Assembly: GCA_036172245.1 (NCBI GenBank)
Contig: JAYWIR010000037.1
Coordinates: 248,001-312,000, forward strand
Source: Raillietiella orientalis
Lineage: Eukaryota
DNA: 64,000 nucleotides
Direction: 5' to 3'
In this document: one piece after another, positions 11,601 to 25,444 of the stretch
How positions within the stretch are numbered: the stretch's first letter is position 1
Layout of the letters: every line of letters starts with the position of its first letter
Notes under the pieces: model-generated
The model's input: the letters and a program-made list of their open reading frames with translations, nothing else
Database searches by the model: none
What the model was told of the DNA's origin: nothing
Position numbers and translations under genes: made by a program

Positions 11601-14600
11601 TTAACCCATGTTCACATTAACTACTTAGAATTTAAAAATCATATAATAAACACAATCTATTACTAGGGCCAGTATCGCCACAATCACTCTGCAATGTATT
11701 AAATTACATCTGGTATCGGGATGTGATTACAAATTTGATGCCCCACCATTTCCCAAATCTATATACCAACAAACATACACACTGATACTGCAGTAGCAAT
11801 ATATAAAAACTTGTATAAAAACTTTGAAAAAATTATTTCCACTGTCATTCCTTATATCATTGCATACCTAAAAGTAACATTTAATCATTTGCTGGTTTAA
11901 TTGGGTACATTACGAAACTCTGAAGCAGTCAATTACAATTCTAAACTTTCTTAAATGTAAGCATTGCGTATTTCTGCATCCAATCTCATAAAATGTAGTA
12001 CTGAAAGCACAGTTGTTGCTATTTGACCATTCTGTTGGCATTTTTCTAGCAAACTGATACACTTTCACCATTGGGTGACAATATACATTAATGTATGTAG
12101 TTGCATCATAGTGGAAAACAAACTTATTCCACACACCAGTCATTTTCAGATACCCTTTCCATGCTTCCAGCCTTCAACTTAACTACCCAGATGCCCTGAC
12201 AGTTCTATTAATTGATCACGAGAGATTCAAGCAATGACAATTCCTCAGTTTGAGCACTTCAACACTAATGATAACACCTACATTACTGACAGCATAAAAC
12301 AGAAGAAAATAAATCATATGCATACTCATAAGAAACAACAACTCTGCTTTGACAACTTAAGAATAATCATTAATACTCAATTCTAGAATAAAAACTATAC
12401 TTCGAAAATAAGTCGTTACATCAAAATACTTCTATCAGCTTTAAGCAACTCAGTACTACACAAAATTTCTTTACTTTTTAGTTTATCTAAAATACGAAAA
12501 TTGCAACGAAAATTTGAATCTGTTCCATTTCAACTTCGTATTTCATGATTTGCAAACAAAACATTTCAGTAGTTTTCACATTATGTTTCCTTGTAATTAA
12601 TCATTATCACCACCACTATCAATAATTACTGTTGCTTAAATAATGCTCAGAAAATTAAAATGTGGAGGATTTACTTGAGCTCAAGAAATGCTTATTGACT
12701 GAAGTTTTATTAAAAAAATACATTTTCTAGTGAATTTCAACAAATACACAAAGCTAGGCACTCTTTTTTTTTTATACAAAACATACATTGTGGTTTTCCT
12801 ATAAAAACACAAGTTTATTTAATGCGTGACATTCAAACGAGCCATTTTCCAGATGTCAAATCCATGAATTAACAATCACAATATTTTTCATTTTTCGTAT
12901 GCTTTTATTTTCTGTTTCATATAGCTTTCTGTATAAGTACGCAAGACAGCAGATAGTCCATAATAATCATTCAAGGACCTATGAAAGTAAACACATAAAG
13001 TTTCTTTAATTTCCTTTTTACTAGCTCTTCTAAGCTTTGGCACTACAAAAACTCTAAAGACACACAGACACAACAAAAGCATCGAAATTTGATTAGGTTA
13101 CATCCTGAAATCAACACTTGTTACTCATCAAAATGGCATTACATATCAAATTTGTCATTTGATATGACAAGAAAACAAATTAAAATACAACATCTAGGAG
13201 GGGGACTGGATGAAAATCCAATACTCTCTAAATAGCATCTTTTACCAGTTATCTAAACTACTTAGTTTGGATAACTGATAGTTCATAAACAGATAAATAT
13301 AGAAAACCTTTATAAATACTCTGAATAATTTAGAAAAATCGAAGTGACACGGAAGTCCAAGTTTCAAATGTACAATGAGATTTATGTACACAGTGTACTA
13401 ATTTTAAAAATTAACGAGCCAGGTACATCTTGTTCTTTTTAAGAATAAATTGCTTTGAAACAATAAACACTTAGGCATCCAAGTTTTATAAAATTTCGCA
13501 GTCAAAATTACTGGTCAATACTCTCAAATCAATTAAAACAATTGTGACGGAGGGCAAATAAGATCTATGTTGTTTCAGTAATACATTTTCACAACTGAAT
13601 TACAAATTTCTTATCTATTCTGGGGAAATACAGCAAAGAAAATAAAATAAAAAACATTCCATCCCATCACCTAATCAATGCAAGTAATATAAAACTGTAG
13701 GCTTAGATGTTCATATGAAATGAAGATGAATACAAATATAATAGATTTACAGATAAGCAACACTTTACCCATTTGAATTATTTACATTCTGAACAGATTT
13801 TCTAAAGTAAAAAGAAGTTTAGGAATCAAGCAATGAATGCAAAACAAAACTGAGCAAATTTTTTGCAACAATACATTATTTGCACATATAAGGCAAATAT
13901 TTCATTATTTTTTCAGATTTTCTACCAACTAAACATAAGGATTTTCATACACAACAATCACTATCAGACAACAGCATATAAGTATCATCAGTAGATGTCC
14001 ATGCTTACCATATGCTTGATTCCTCTGGGATATCTAACTGCATATAAAGTTCGATTACGTTCTTCTTCAATCTCTTTGTCTTTCTGGTCTCGTTTCTCTT
14101 GCTTTTTTCTCTCTTCTTTGTCAAAAGCAGTGAGTCTTTGTAAACGAGTATGACCAAGACATTCTAGCCAAACTGAGTTGAATACAACTGGTCTGATGCA
14201 AGCCACAAAAACCAAAAGGGCTCTAATGAAATCTTTTACTTCAGTGGCAACTGCAATGCAAGACTGCCAAGGCTTTCTAAGGAGGGGCCAGTTGCAGTGC
14301 ATGTAACAAGTTGGTAAACTGTTTTCAAACTGAGATAAAGTTTGTCGCAAACATGTAATCAAATGATCTTTAGTGCCTAAGAAACATTAATTAAAAATAC
14401 AAATAGTAGCTAAATTAGTCTAATACTTTACCATGAATATTATTTGACCACTTGAATTCAGCTTGCTGCCCTAAAGAGAATTTATAGGACAAATACCGCT
14501 TGCGATCTTTTTCTTCTTGATGTTGTGATTTGCTTAATGCCAGTGAATTCACAGAATACTGGTTTGTGTACTTCTGAAAGTTTCCTTCCATACCCAATTT

Positions 14601-17600
14601 GAATATGTATGTGCCTACAAACAGCATAAAATAAAACATGTATTTTACAGTACCAGAAGCAATCTGATGACTTTTTTTTCTTGTAACAATTTCTGATGAA
14701 AGCACTTCAGCTACCTTCTGCTGCAGCAAAGTTTCACTGTTTCCTAAAACATATTCTGATTTAGGGTTTTCAGCATAAAAAGCACAAAATCTGAGTCGAG
14801 AGATTTTAATGAAAATTTAGTTAGTTTTTGAAAGAAAACATCATTATGAAAACAATTTATTTAAACAACTTTGATTCAATATCCCAAAATTTTAACGTAC
14901 GCTCATCCTTGCAGACTGCTTCATCTTCAAAATTCTGAGGGTTTGAACTGTTCTCATTGTTCTCTCCTAGAAAGAACTTTCAATAAATACTAAAAAGGAA
15001 TAGCTCTCCCGAGTCATACGTTTCCAGGATCATTTATCTCAGGTGGATTTCACAATCAAAACACATACATGCATCCAATGTTAGAATCAACAAATACACA
15101 TCACATACATCCTTTTAATTCATCACAAATCTAATATGCATATGCATCTACAATTACCAAATTTCAATTTAAAATAATACAGAAAGTAACAGCACAGTAG
15201 CAACTAAGCTTGACAGAAGAAAACTTTGATTGCATTTATCGCACTTACACCTTGTTAAATCAGTTCTCTGATTCTCCTCTTATAACAAGCAACAACTTTC
15301 ACAAGTTATTTACTCTAAGTGCAAAAAAGATTCTCTATTAATGACCTCTACAAATTTTACTAACATTCAGTGATGCAATAAACAAAATTACTATGAGATC
15401 AAATATTAAAACAGACCCATAACTATGCAATGTACTAACTATTAATTCAATTTCCACCTTTGCATGAAATTTCCTTCAAAACTTTAACAACCACATAATC
15501 ACAAAAATGGCTGCAAAAGTGAATAGTGTGGACTTCTGCAGCCATTACATTTTGTCCCCCTTTTTACTTATTCCTTCCAATTTTCAGCATTGAGATCTCT
15601 CCTTGCAGTCCGCTAAAATTCGAGTTATGTCTTTGCTCAATTACTTCTGACATTCTGCACATAAATTTAAACATCCATATTATTCCCTTCCCACATATAG
15701 TCTGGTAATGAAGTACAGAATAATATGATACCTTCATAAACCACAAGGCTTCACTTAAAATTCTTCATCTCATATCAAGATTCCTCATGTAAAACACTTT
15801 ATTAGTCCTCTCGATACTTATTCACTTTCTCTATTTTCTCATCAAAAAACAACACGTGCATTTATCTACTTATGTACTCTTTTATTAACATTCCTTCTTT
15901 GGACAACATAAACTTGATAATAATAGAATAGAATAATAGTAGTCTAATAAAATACTTGACATACTGCATATCTAGTAAAATTTTACATACCAATATGAAT
16001 TTTTGTTATCAATATGCCTTAAGAGACCATACCCTCAACACAATTTCGATAGCAAAAAGAACAATTTTCAAAAAAACACATATAATTATGGCTAAAACTG
16101 GGTATGTGAGAATCTCAGCCATTTTATAAAAGTAAACTGCATTATTTCCGCCATTGTGTATTTCAGAAGGCAAGGAAAAAGTATATGAAACAATTTTTTC
16201 ACCTTTTTTCAAAGACTGAAGACAGACTCGTGAAAAATCGAAGAAAAAAAAAATACTAGATTCTAATAACCAGTAGTTTTCATGATACATGATATACACA
16301 TGACGTAATTACAAGTCAATGATCAAGCAAATTATTGAGTAAAATTTGCACCTTAATTCAATCAATAAAAATCATATCACATAATTTGAACTCATCATCC
16401 CAACGTGAAAGAAGGAAACTTTCAATGGATTGTCGCAAGACATTATTCAAAGCATTACAAAATTAACTAGCTACAAAATATTACAATAAAATACGAATTA
16501 CTTGTTCACATTTCAGGTAAATTCTACTTTTTTGAAGCCAAAAATGAAGAAGCTTTTTATCACTGATAATATAAATCCAATATTAAGTATATACAAGTTC
16601 AAGAAATTGACTCCAAAAGTATTTGTCAGGAAAATAAAATAACCTTTGTACACCCCTGATAACCAAAAACGCTAATATTTAAAGCATGCAAACAAGATAA
16701 TGAAAACGAACATTTTCAGATTCTCTTAAAAGCTTATATTCTTAGTTAAAACTGTACATGAAGTCAAATTAAAATAAACTTCTTACAACAACAATTGCTG
16801 CAAGAGAAAATTAAGTCATAATTTTGTTTAATGAAAAAATCATAAAATACAATCTGCCTAATACAACCTTTTAGCGTTTTTTTAATTGCTAACGTACACA
16901 TCATGCTTGTCAAAATGCATATACAAACCTGTCAACTGTTCTGGTTTAACTGTTCCCTACTCAATGTACTCTTTTTAAGGCATTTAGATTACAATATGAA
17001 CTTTCCGATCTGTTCAACCAATGCTTGTAAAAGCCTCCATTTCCAATAATAGCAATCACAGAAAAAATATAAAAACCAATGCCACCGATAAATTGTGCAA
17101 GAAGAAAAATGTTAAGTTCTCAACATTAAATCCTAAATTTCGCTTCAATGTTACATACATGAACTTGGCCAATAAATACACAGTTGTGCCTTCATTTTAA
17201 ATTAACCTAAAGGTACTGTTGGTGTGTTCTGTTTCAGGCAAACAACTCATCTTTGGACCTTGACTTGGTTGAATAATCTATGATTTCAAAGTTGTAGTGT
17301 AAAACTTTCATTATTTTCATTTACTACAATGATTAGAGACTATGTATAGTTACAGTACAACATAATCATTACAGCAGCACATTGCACTGTAAGACATGTG
17401 AGAATGTGGTAAGTATACAATTAAAGAACTTATTAAGCTTCTGCACATGCAGAAGATAAATAAATTACAAATCAGAATGCTGCAATATTGCAAACTTATA
17501 GTATCAGTCTTTACCATTTACTTTAATGTCACTTTTTCAGTGATAGTTATTTACTAGGCACATGCTGTGACTACCACAGCATTCTATGTAAATAACATAA

Positions 17601-20600
17601 TTGTAGAAACAATTAATTATAGTAATTTGTAATTTACTTTACAAATATTTGAATATTTCTATTTAATGGGATTCATTAAATGCAATCTGAATAATGCTTA
17701 CATTGCTTATGAACTTCTTCATGCTTGCATAAAAACATGGTATGAAGTAATTATGATAAACATTATTTCACACCATGTTTTAAATCAAACCAACAAATTC
17801 GAAAAAGTACTGAAAAGCATTAAGCTACACAGTCAATTATGTTTAAATCAAGTTAATAAATTCTTGAATTGGATATCACCATATTATTTAAAAGTAACTG
17901 GTAATTTTTAATAAATACACTTTACACTTATGATCATATCCCTCCATGCTTTGTATCAAAACAGTATAAATGATAGAAAAGTTGCATTTAAAATCCTGAG
18001 AACATCAAGGATAACATTATAACTAATACTTTTTTAAAATGCCCAATACTAAATAAGGTGCATACCTTTTTTATGTAAAGCAAATGTATCTGTGCCTTTG
18101 ATCTGAAACAGTTTATTTCCATTACACTGTTAGTCAATGACACTACACAGAACTTACAAGTTGATCATCCAAACTATCTGTAAGGCCTACATTATCAGAA
18201 AGCCTGTCGTGTGGAGCACAAAAGGTATTTTTTTCAGATATAACATCTGGCAAAAAAAGAATTAACTTTGCAATAACATGAAAAACTGTCCAACAAATCA
18301 TTTGAACAAATCTTTTGCATTATTACTGTTAACAATACAAAAATTACTGAAATGAGAAGTCATCAGCACATCATTTTAAAAATTATACAAAAGTTCTTTA
18401 AAAGTAATGGGAGCATGTTTCAGTAAAAGAAGTTAAAAAATAAAGAAACAATTGGATTGCAGAACACAATTTATGCATCCAACTTTGGAATATTTTCATT
18501 TAAGCATTCAATGTCTTGCTTAAATGTGTGATTTTCAGTAATCATTTGTAAAAGTGCTTATATCAAATTTATGAATATTTTGAAATTGTGTGCAAGAAAC
18601 AAAGCAGAAAATGCAAAGATTTACTATTTTCAATTTCCAAATATGACTTTCTGGTTCCTTTAAACTTGTTCGTTAATTTTCCAGTTACATTCATTTGATT
18701 GATGATACTACTTTTAATTTCCAAAATTCTTGATGTTAACTTAGACTCATATTTATCTTTATCAAAAGCAGATAAGAGCTGTTCTAACTGTAACTCGGTA
18801 CTATAGTACCAACACTGTTCACTTTCTGACTCACTGGAAATAGAAATTCAATTCTTATACTGAATGTGAAATAAGAATAGTATTTTGGAAAAATATAAAT
18901 GCTATCAAGAATCAGACAACAACGACAAATACAGAGATTTTTACAAACTTTTCTAATCACCCCATTATGAAAAATCACATAAACTTTTACAATGTAAAAA
19001 TGATAACTTACACAACAATTCTTCTTCCAACAAACCAATATTTTCGACCATGACGATCATACCCTAAGGATTCTTTTCGGCACTCCTTCTTTTCAGTTTC
19101 CATTTCACAGTTAATCAGACCTTCTATCTTTTTAAAAAGAGATGTTGCACATGCAAGCTTTAAATCTATTCTTACACAACCAATAACACTTGAGAGTTAA
19201 TAATTCATTTTCCGGTAATAAACATTTTATCTATTGGTCTTAAGAATGCAATTCACTAGTGACACAAATTGGCAGAATGTTCTACTACAGCATACTATCA
19301 TATAAGGAAATAAAACATATTCTGAAAGGGGAAGGGAAGAGCATTTCTAAACAATAACAGGAGGAAGATTAAAAGTTGGGCATAATTTCAATGACAAATT
19401 TGCTTGAACAGTACATCTCACAACAGTACAAATTTGCTAGTACATTTCATTTTAAAATATCCTTATGATTCAAACAGCTTTCACTCTGATAAAACTGGAA
19501 GAGGAAGGAACTCTGCACAAACCACACCCTACACATGAAACATCAAAAGCATCATCCTTTCGTTAATAAAGGAACTTTGTTGGAAAGTATGCATCAGCAA
19601 TAATCCTATATGTACAATGCATGTCCGACCATACACATTTTAAAGAAGCCTTTTTATCTACTCTACTTGAGCAAACCACATCCATAAATCACACCACATT
19701 CACAAATTTATTTGGAAAATCCACTACAGTTTTGAAATCATTAACATTGTAAAAAAACAGGGTTAATGATCAAGGTTGACGTAACTAACATTATAAAGTC
19801 TGAATGATGTAGACAATTTTGAATGTTTAACACTTATAAACTATAATATATTATATAAATAATAGATTATAAACTCTTTACGTTCAGATTCTTATTAATA
19901 AAATATTTACTTTTCATTTTTTTCAAAAAGAATCAATTTTATAATTTAAAGCATAAGCAAATAAATCAAAATACACACTATTCACAAAAGTAATGAAAAT
20001 ACTGAACACTTACTTCATGACTAGCACAAATTGAACACTTCCATTCACCTTCTGGTACATCTTGCAATGGTGGAAAAACACATTCCAAATGATATGTACC
20101 AGAACATGTTTCACAACACAGTAAATCTCCAAATTTGTGGCACACTCTACAATGATCATCATACTGCAATTTTCCTTCTCTGAATATATATTCTCTTGCT
20201 TGATTTGTGGATAAAAATTGATCACATAAGAGATGTAATACTTCTAATCTAACTTTCACATCACAAAAGGGATAATCATTTTTTTCATAAGTGAGTAATA
20301 TTGTCTTAAAATTAGGATCACTTTGTAAATACAACCTAAGAACTTCTGGCCAAGTAAATCCATCTATACAAAAAAAATTGATATTTACACTGTCTTTTTG
20401 CTCATGTGCTGTGAAAGAAGTTTGCTGTTTCTCATCCTCTCTTATTATGCTTTTCAACAACTGTATGTGAACTTCAGCAAAAAGTATACTGTTTTCTTCA
20501 GATATTATTGCAGCACAAAAATCTTCTAACAGAAATGGGGATAATCTTATTAGGCAACGAAAATGTCTCAGAGTTTCATAAATACTTAAAGAAGCTAACA

Positions 20601-21054
20601 CACAGTCTCTTGGAACAAGTAAATCATTCGATGATTCTGGTAGTTCCAAAAGAGGAATTTCTTTTTCCTGAAGCCATATTGGGAGAGGTGGACAATTTCT
20701 AGAAAACTTTAATATTTTTCTGTCTACATCTTCATTATCATGAAGATCAGATTCACTAATGGCATCATTTTCAGAATCACTACTAATTTTAAAATCAGAA
20801 TTATCTGATGCTGATTCACCAAGAATTTCAGAACTCTGCTGCTCTGAAATTCCATGTGATGATGTATCACTCTCCTCAGCATCACTAACATCATATGAAT
20901 CCTCAAGATCTGATGTAAAATTCTGCAGGCTCGTATTAGACATGTTTGAAGCATCCCATTCATTCAAAACTTCCTGTTGAGGATACTTAATGTTCATTTT
21001 AACAGGGCTGGTTGCATCACATTCTTTTATACCATAAAAATTTTCCTTATCCAT
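5635..21054 (-). CDS. BPTF: Nucleosome-remodeling factor subunit BPTF / NURF301 (multi-exon)
   Basis: Domains in order: DDT region (SIYETLRHFRCLIRLSPFLLEDFCAA), PHD1 (DHCRVCHKFGDLLCCETCSGTYHLEC), WHIM/WSD motif (LGYDRHGRKYWF...CWYYST), LWKLKGEEYRIHGQWGW, two C-terminal PHD fingers and a bromodomain (KEPMDL...DMTKIFDNCRYYN). Phase-consistent GT-AG exons: 21054-20014, 19126-19012, 18833-18625, [unresolved small exons 18624-14967], 14966-14901, 14743-14654, 14614-14432, 14376-14009, 10018-9874, 9826-8856, 8810-8664, 8614-8452, 8398-8260, 8216-8041, 7991-7915, 7859-7459, 7412-7262, 7213-7091, 7039-6913, 6869-6737, 6689-6274, 6221-6026, 5968-5884, 5837-5635 (TAA). An in-frame acceptor at 21070 allows a possible upstream start at 21145 (MYAVKKT). 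Confidence 0.96.
11221..11640. other. Strand-asymmetric, nearly G-free tract within a BPTF intron
   Basis: Manual count of 10 G in 420 nt on the plus strand while C remains abundant; not a simple tandem repeat. Confidence 0.85.
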
Positions 21055-21333
21055 ATTCCATTGATCTTCCTATAAAGACATGACTGAATTAGTTGAGTCC
21101 TTTTTTAAGATGAACTCGGTAAACCGTTTTTTTGACTGCATACATATTCTCATCACTAAGCCATTAAATACTGCCTGACCGAAGTATGCAACATGCCATT
21201 TTCAAAACGCAAAATGAGGTGTGAACTTGCGATAAAAAATCATTAAGTTTAAAATAGAAGTTATTATCGACAGGCAACATTGTATCGCGAGCTACTGGTC
21301 CCTACTCCTCGAATAAAAATAAAAAATGCAGAT

Positions 21334-21372
21334 AATTCAAATTAAAATCGCCCTGCGATTTTAATTTGAATT
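21334..21372. repeat. Perfect inverted repeat, 18-bp arms and 3-nt loop
   Basis: AATTCAAATTAAAATCGC-CCT-GCGATTTTAATTTGAATT read directly. Confidence 0.9.
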
Positions 21373-21500
21373 TAATTTAAATTTGTACACTAGAACGTTT
21401 TACTTTGTAAAGGCAATTGACATTCATTGCCACAAACGACTTAAATTTTCTGGTATACTACGAAGTGCATAAAGAATCTATTTGTCACACAGAGAGATTT

Positions 21501-21508
21501 TATCGATA
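21501..21508. promoter_or_regulatory. DRE-like element TATCGATA upstream of BPTF
   Basis: Exact TATCGATA in the CpG-richer zone about 450 bp upstream of the BPTF coding start, with a one-mismatch copy (TATCGACA) at 21265. An 8-mer can occur by chance, and another exact copy lies at 4226. Confidence 0.4.
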
Positions 21509-24500
21509 CGAGTTTCACAGCCGATTTAGCAACATGCGCAATCAGAGAACACACAAACACATGGAAGGCCTTAGGAACATATAAGCTAATTTTTATCACA
21601 AATAATATTCTTCAAAAATTTTTAATACCTTTCTTTTGGTGATTTTTCAAAACAAATACATTGGGATGTTGCAGTCGAGAAGAGAAAAATATAAACCATG
21701 TGCAGAAAACAAATACAGAATTCACTAACCGTTTCATTATTTACATATTAATACATACGAAACACAACACCAGCTCACGGCACTGCTTTTGAATTTGGCG
21801 CAATACCATGAGCAATGCACACTGCTTTCATGAGCTTCGCTACTCGAAATGAGTACAATGGCGATACATTTGACTCTCTTCTCAGAGCGCAACTTCAAAC
21901 CTTAAATACAGAAGTCCCAACTACAATCTGTAAACAACGAACTTGGTATAGATGGTTTTTCTAAATGCTCTTCCATAATCATTCGATAGAAAATTCATGC
22001 AGATCAACTAACTTTGTACTCTGAAAAAATAAAAATTATTTCATATTGAAAAAATTATTCGAAAAAATTGGAATACTAGTGGCCGATTGGATAAATCACT
22101 GTGCGATGATGGACTCCAAATAAAACTCCTTTAAATTCACGGGTTCTAAAAAACAGAAAAAGAAAAATAATTATTGTATGGAATGCAAAAGACCAAAATG
22201 ATAAACAACAGCTCTCAGTTTAGAACTGTGAAGAAGAAACAAGCCATTCGGTACACAGAAAATTGGCGTTCATTTTCAAGCTCATACATTTCGTAATTAA
22301 GGAAGTGCTAGAGTTGCTCTCCGCTTGCTCCCGAATGGATCATCAAGTCTCATCGTTTCTCCAATATACTATGTCATGTGTTCACAAAAAAAATTCTTGT
22401 ATTCTAGTATGCTTTTCAACGTCAGCGTCAGAAGATGCCATATAATGTAATACGTTTGTAGCATTAAACCTGGAAATGATTTCGAAATTTATTGGCCTAA
22501 TGCGAGGCAAGAGAAAGGGCAAGTTTTCTGGAAATGCAAAAATGATCCTCACCTTAATGCCTACAATGACACACTGGCAAAAAACAATAATGCACTATTC
22601 TCATAATTGTCTGTAGGAGAACTTCAATAATAATTCATCTGAATTGCCCCTAGAAAGTCGATTTTAATTCAGATGTGGAAATGAAACACTGCCACGGCTA
22701 TTTCAAATTTTACATTAATAAGGATAAAAGTTTTCAGATTCCGAAAAATTTAATTAGTAATTTCAATAAAATGAGTGCACAAATCATTAGACTTTAACAA
22801 ATTTCCAAGGATTGTATTTCTTTTTGCAGCATGTGCAGGTTTATTTCTCTTTATTCAAAATTAGAGCAACTCGCTCAGCAATTCGTAAGATAAAAAACTT
22901 TTTCTGTGTAGTTGATGGCAGAGTCACATTTAATTTCCATTGTTGTTAACTTCCTTGAAATTTTCTCGCTGATAAAAAAGATTCAGAAAGAGGAAAAATT
23001 CCATTTTAATTTCTTATGTAGAGAACGCTTTATGAGAGGTCGCTCGTCAGACTAAGGAACTTGGATATCATACCAGAAAATCTATATGCATATATGAATT
23101 TTGCCATCGAAATGAAGGCATGTAAAACTCGATGTACCAAAAAACCATAAATTGATTATACCTTTGCTATATCACAAAAGCAGCTAAGGTGTTTCAGCAT
23201 CTTGTACGACACTGGTTCTTTAAGTATACTTTAACTCGCAACTTCATATTTATCTTTTCTGAGAGTGTATTTTATCTTGTCTATATTTCTCCTATTTTCA
23301 AGTTAGCACGAAAACTGTTCAGAGACCTGCCTTTTTGACAGGGAAAACGAATTCGACGTAGAAAATGATTCTCGAACAATGTTTTTGATTTTTCGCTACA
23401 GTGAAATTGAGGTTTTGTTGGTCAGCTTCTGTTTTTAATGTGATTTTCTTGGTTACGTAAGAAGTCTTATTTAATGGTTCATCTCTAAGATGCAACTTTT
23501 TCATGAAACGAAACACAACTATTCCTGAGATATATCTAACGAGGAATTTATGAACTCAAATGTTAATGTGTACCGATTGTAGCGTCATTAGTTAATATCT
23601 GTTTACCACTTAAGATCATTGCATTTCTACGGGCACAACGTATTCATACTTTGACAGAAAGCACAAAAGAAACCAAGTATTGATACATCAAATTCTACAA
23701 TTCACTGCAGAGCATGAAAGTAATTAGTGATTAATATGTATATAATGAAAAATCAGAATTTATTCAAGTATTTAAAGTGAATTTATTATTTTCGAAAAGC
23801 TTTTAATAATAGTCTGTTATAGGGGATATTAGGAGAGAGAATTTCAACTTCCGATTCGACTTTTCCCAAGGGAAAAAAATTGAATTGAAATCAAAATTCT
23901 TATGTTTAGTTACAATTTAAATCTTTAACGACCCTTGCATCATATTGCACCTTCTGGATTCGAAATTGTGAAATATGGATTTATTAGCTGCATTAGAAAT
24001 GTATGATAAAATGGGAAAGAATTTCAAATCTGCGGTTCTGTCTATTAAATTTTAGTTTTCTCATAGACGTTGATCCTGTAAGCATCACTTGTACGTGTGT
24101 GCTTTAGCTTCACAAAGAGCCTCTGAAAATGGTATAAGTGTTTCAATTGCAGACATAGTGAAGTATGTCAGTCATAATTATGTAAACTTTCAAAAATGTG
24201 TTTACAGAAAGCATTTTTCGAAGTGACATGGGTGTATTGTATTTTCTAATTTCACGACACGTAGCCTGTGTACCGACATGCTCTAACCAAAAAAATAATC
24301 CGAAAGCAAACAAATAAGAAAGCTTTTCAATTCAGTTGTAAAAGTAAATGCTTTTGAAAAAAAATATTAAAGAAAAGTGCTTTTGAATGTGTTTTCGCTA
24401 AAGTAAGAATTTTCAAGATTTTTTTGTTCCCCATTTACGTCATTTTATGGAGAATAAATGATTTTCCATTAAAGCTGTAAAGTATGCATTATCAAAGAAC

Positions 24501-25444
24501 GCAAATGTTTGCAACCCTCAGCTTCAGTAAAATCTTTGTAATGTAATGTTAAAATTTCTTTAACAAATTGATTTGTATGTTTTTCTGTGTATAGTGTGCT
24601 GAATTGATCATATCACTTCAAAGAATTTAAAGCAAGATTATTTTAAGCATCGGATTACTCAGCAATGTCTAAGGACACTGAGTTTATTTAAGTCTTATAT
24701 ATTTTTTAGAATTTGCACTGCATATTTCGAATAGGAAATTTGAGTTTTCTTATGTATGTTTGCTGTGTGTCTTTATGCATATATGTGGTTTTTTGGATGA
24801 TTTTGATTAGAACAAACAGGAAAAGAATTTATTTGGTAAATATGTTTCTGGGTTTTGTATTAATAGAGAATTTACCATACATAAGTGTGATCTCTTAAGG
24901 ATAGCACTTTTTTTTGAAACTCAAAGAGGTGGATTTCTCCAGATCACTAAGTGAACATTAACATCAATTGATCCCTCAATTTCTAAATTGTAATTAATCG
25001 ATAATACTTCACGGATCTCAAAGATTTCATGAAATTCCCTTTTCAAAGAGTGACTGCTAATGAAATTCATCTATTCAAAAGAAGTGAGCCAATTTTTAAT
25101 GTGCAAACCTAGGAACTGCATTTTCTTAACCTTTTAAATTCAGCTTCTGAAAAGACTTGTTATCCATATACAGTTTAATGAGATGTCTGTTCAAAACAGA
25201 TTTGCTAGCAGCATAAATTTGTTTGCTCCTAATTTGAACATTAATTATTCATTCTAAATTTAGCCAACAGGTTTCCAGTGTATGAAAAGTTGACTTCAAG
25301 TGTAAAGTAAATTCATCCAAAAAAAAAAAAAAAACGCATCAGCTAGAAGGTAACAGTGGCAGAATAGAAAGTAGCAGAAATTTCAGTTATATATAATGAA
25401 GTGTATATTGTTATGTAAATATTACAATATTTTTATAAATTTTA

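Noticed and set aside
11221..11640. Telomeric repeat array or identifiable mitochondrial gene
   Set aside because: Only isolated CCTAA motifs, and no convincing mitochondrial protein, tRNA or rRNA could be read. A NUMT origin remains untested rather than supported.
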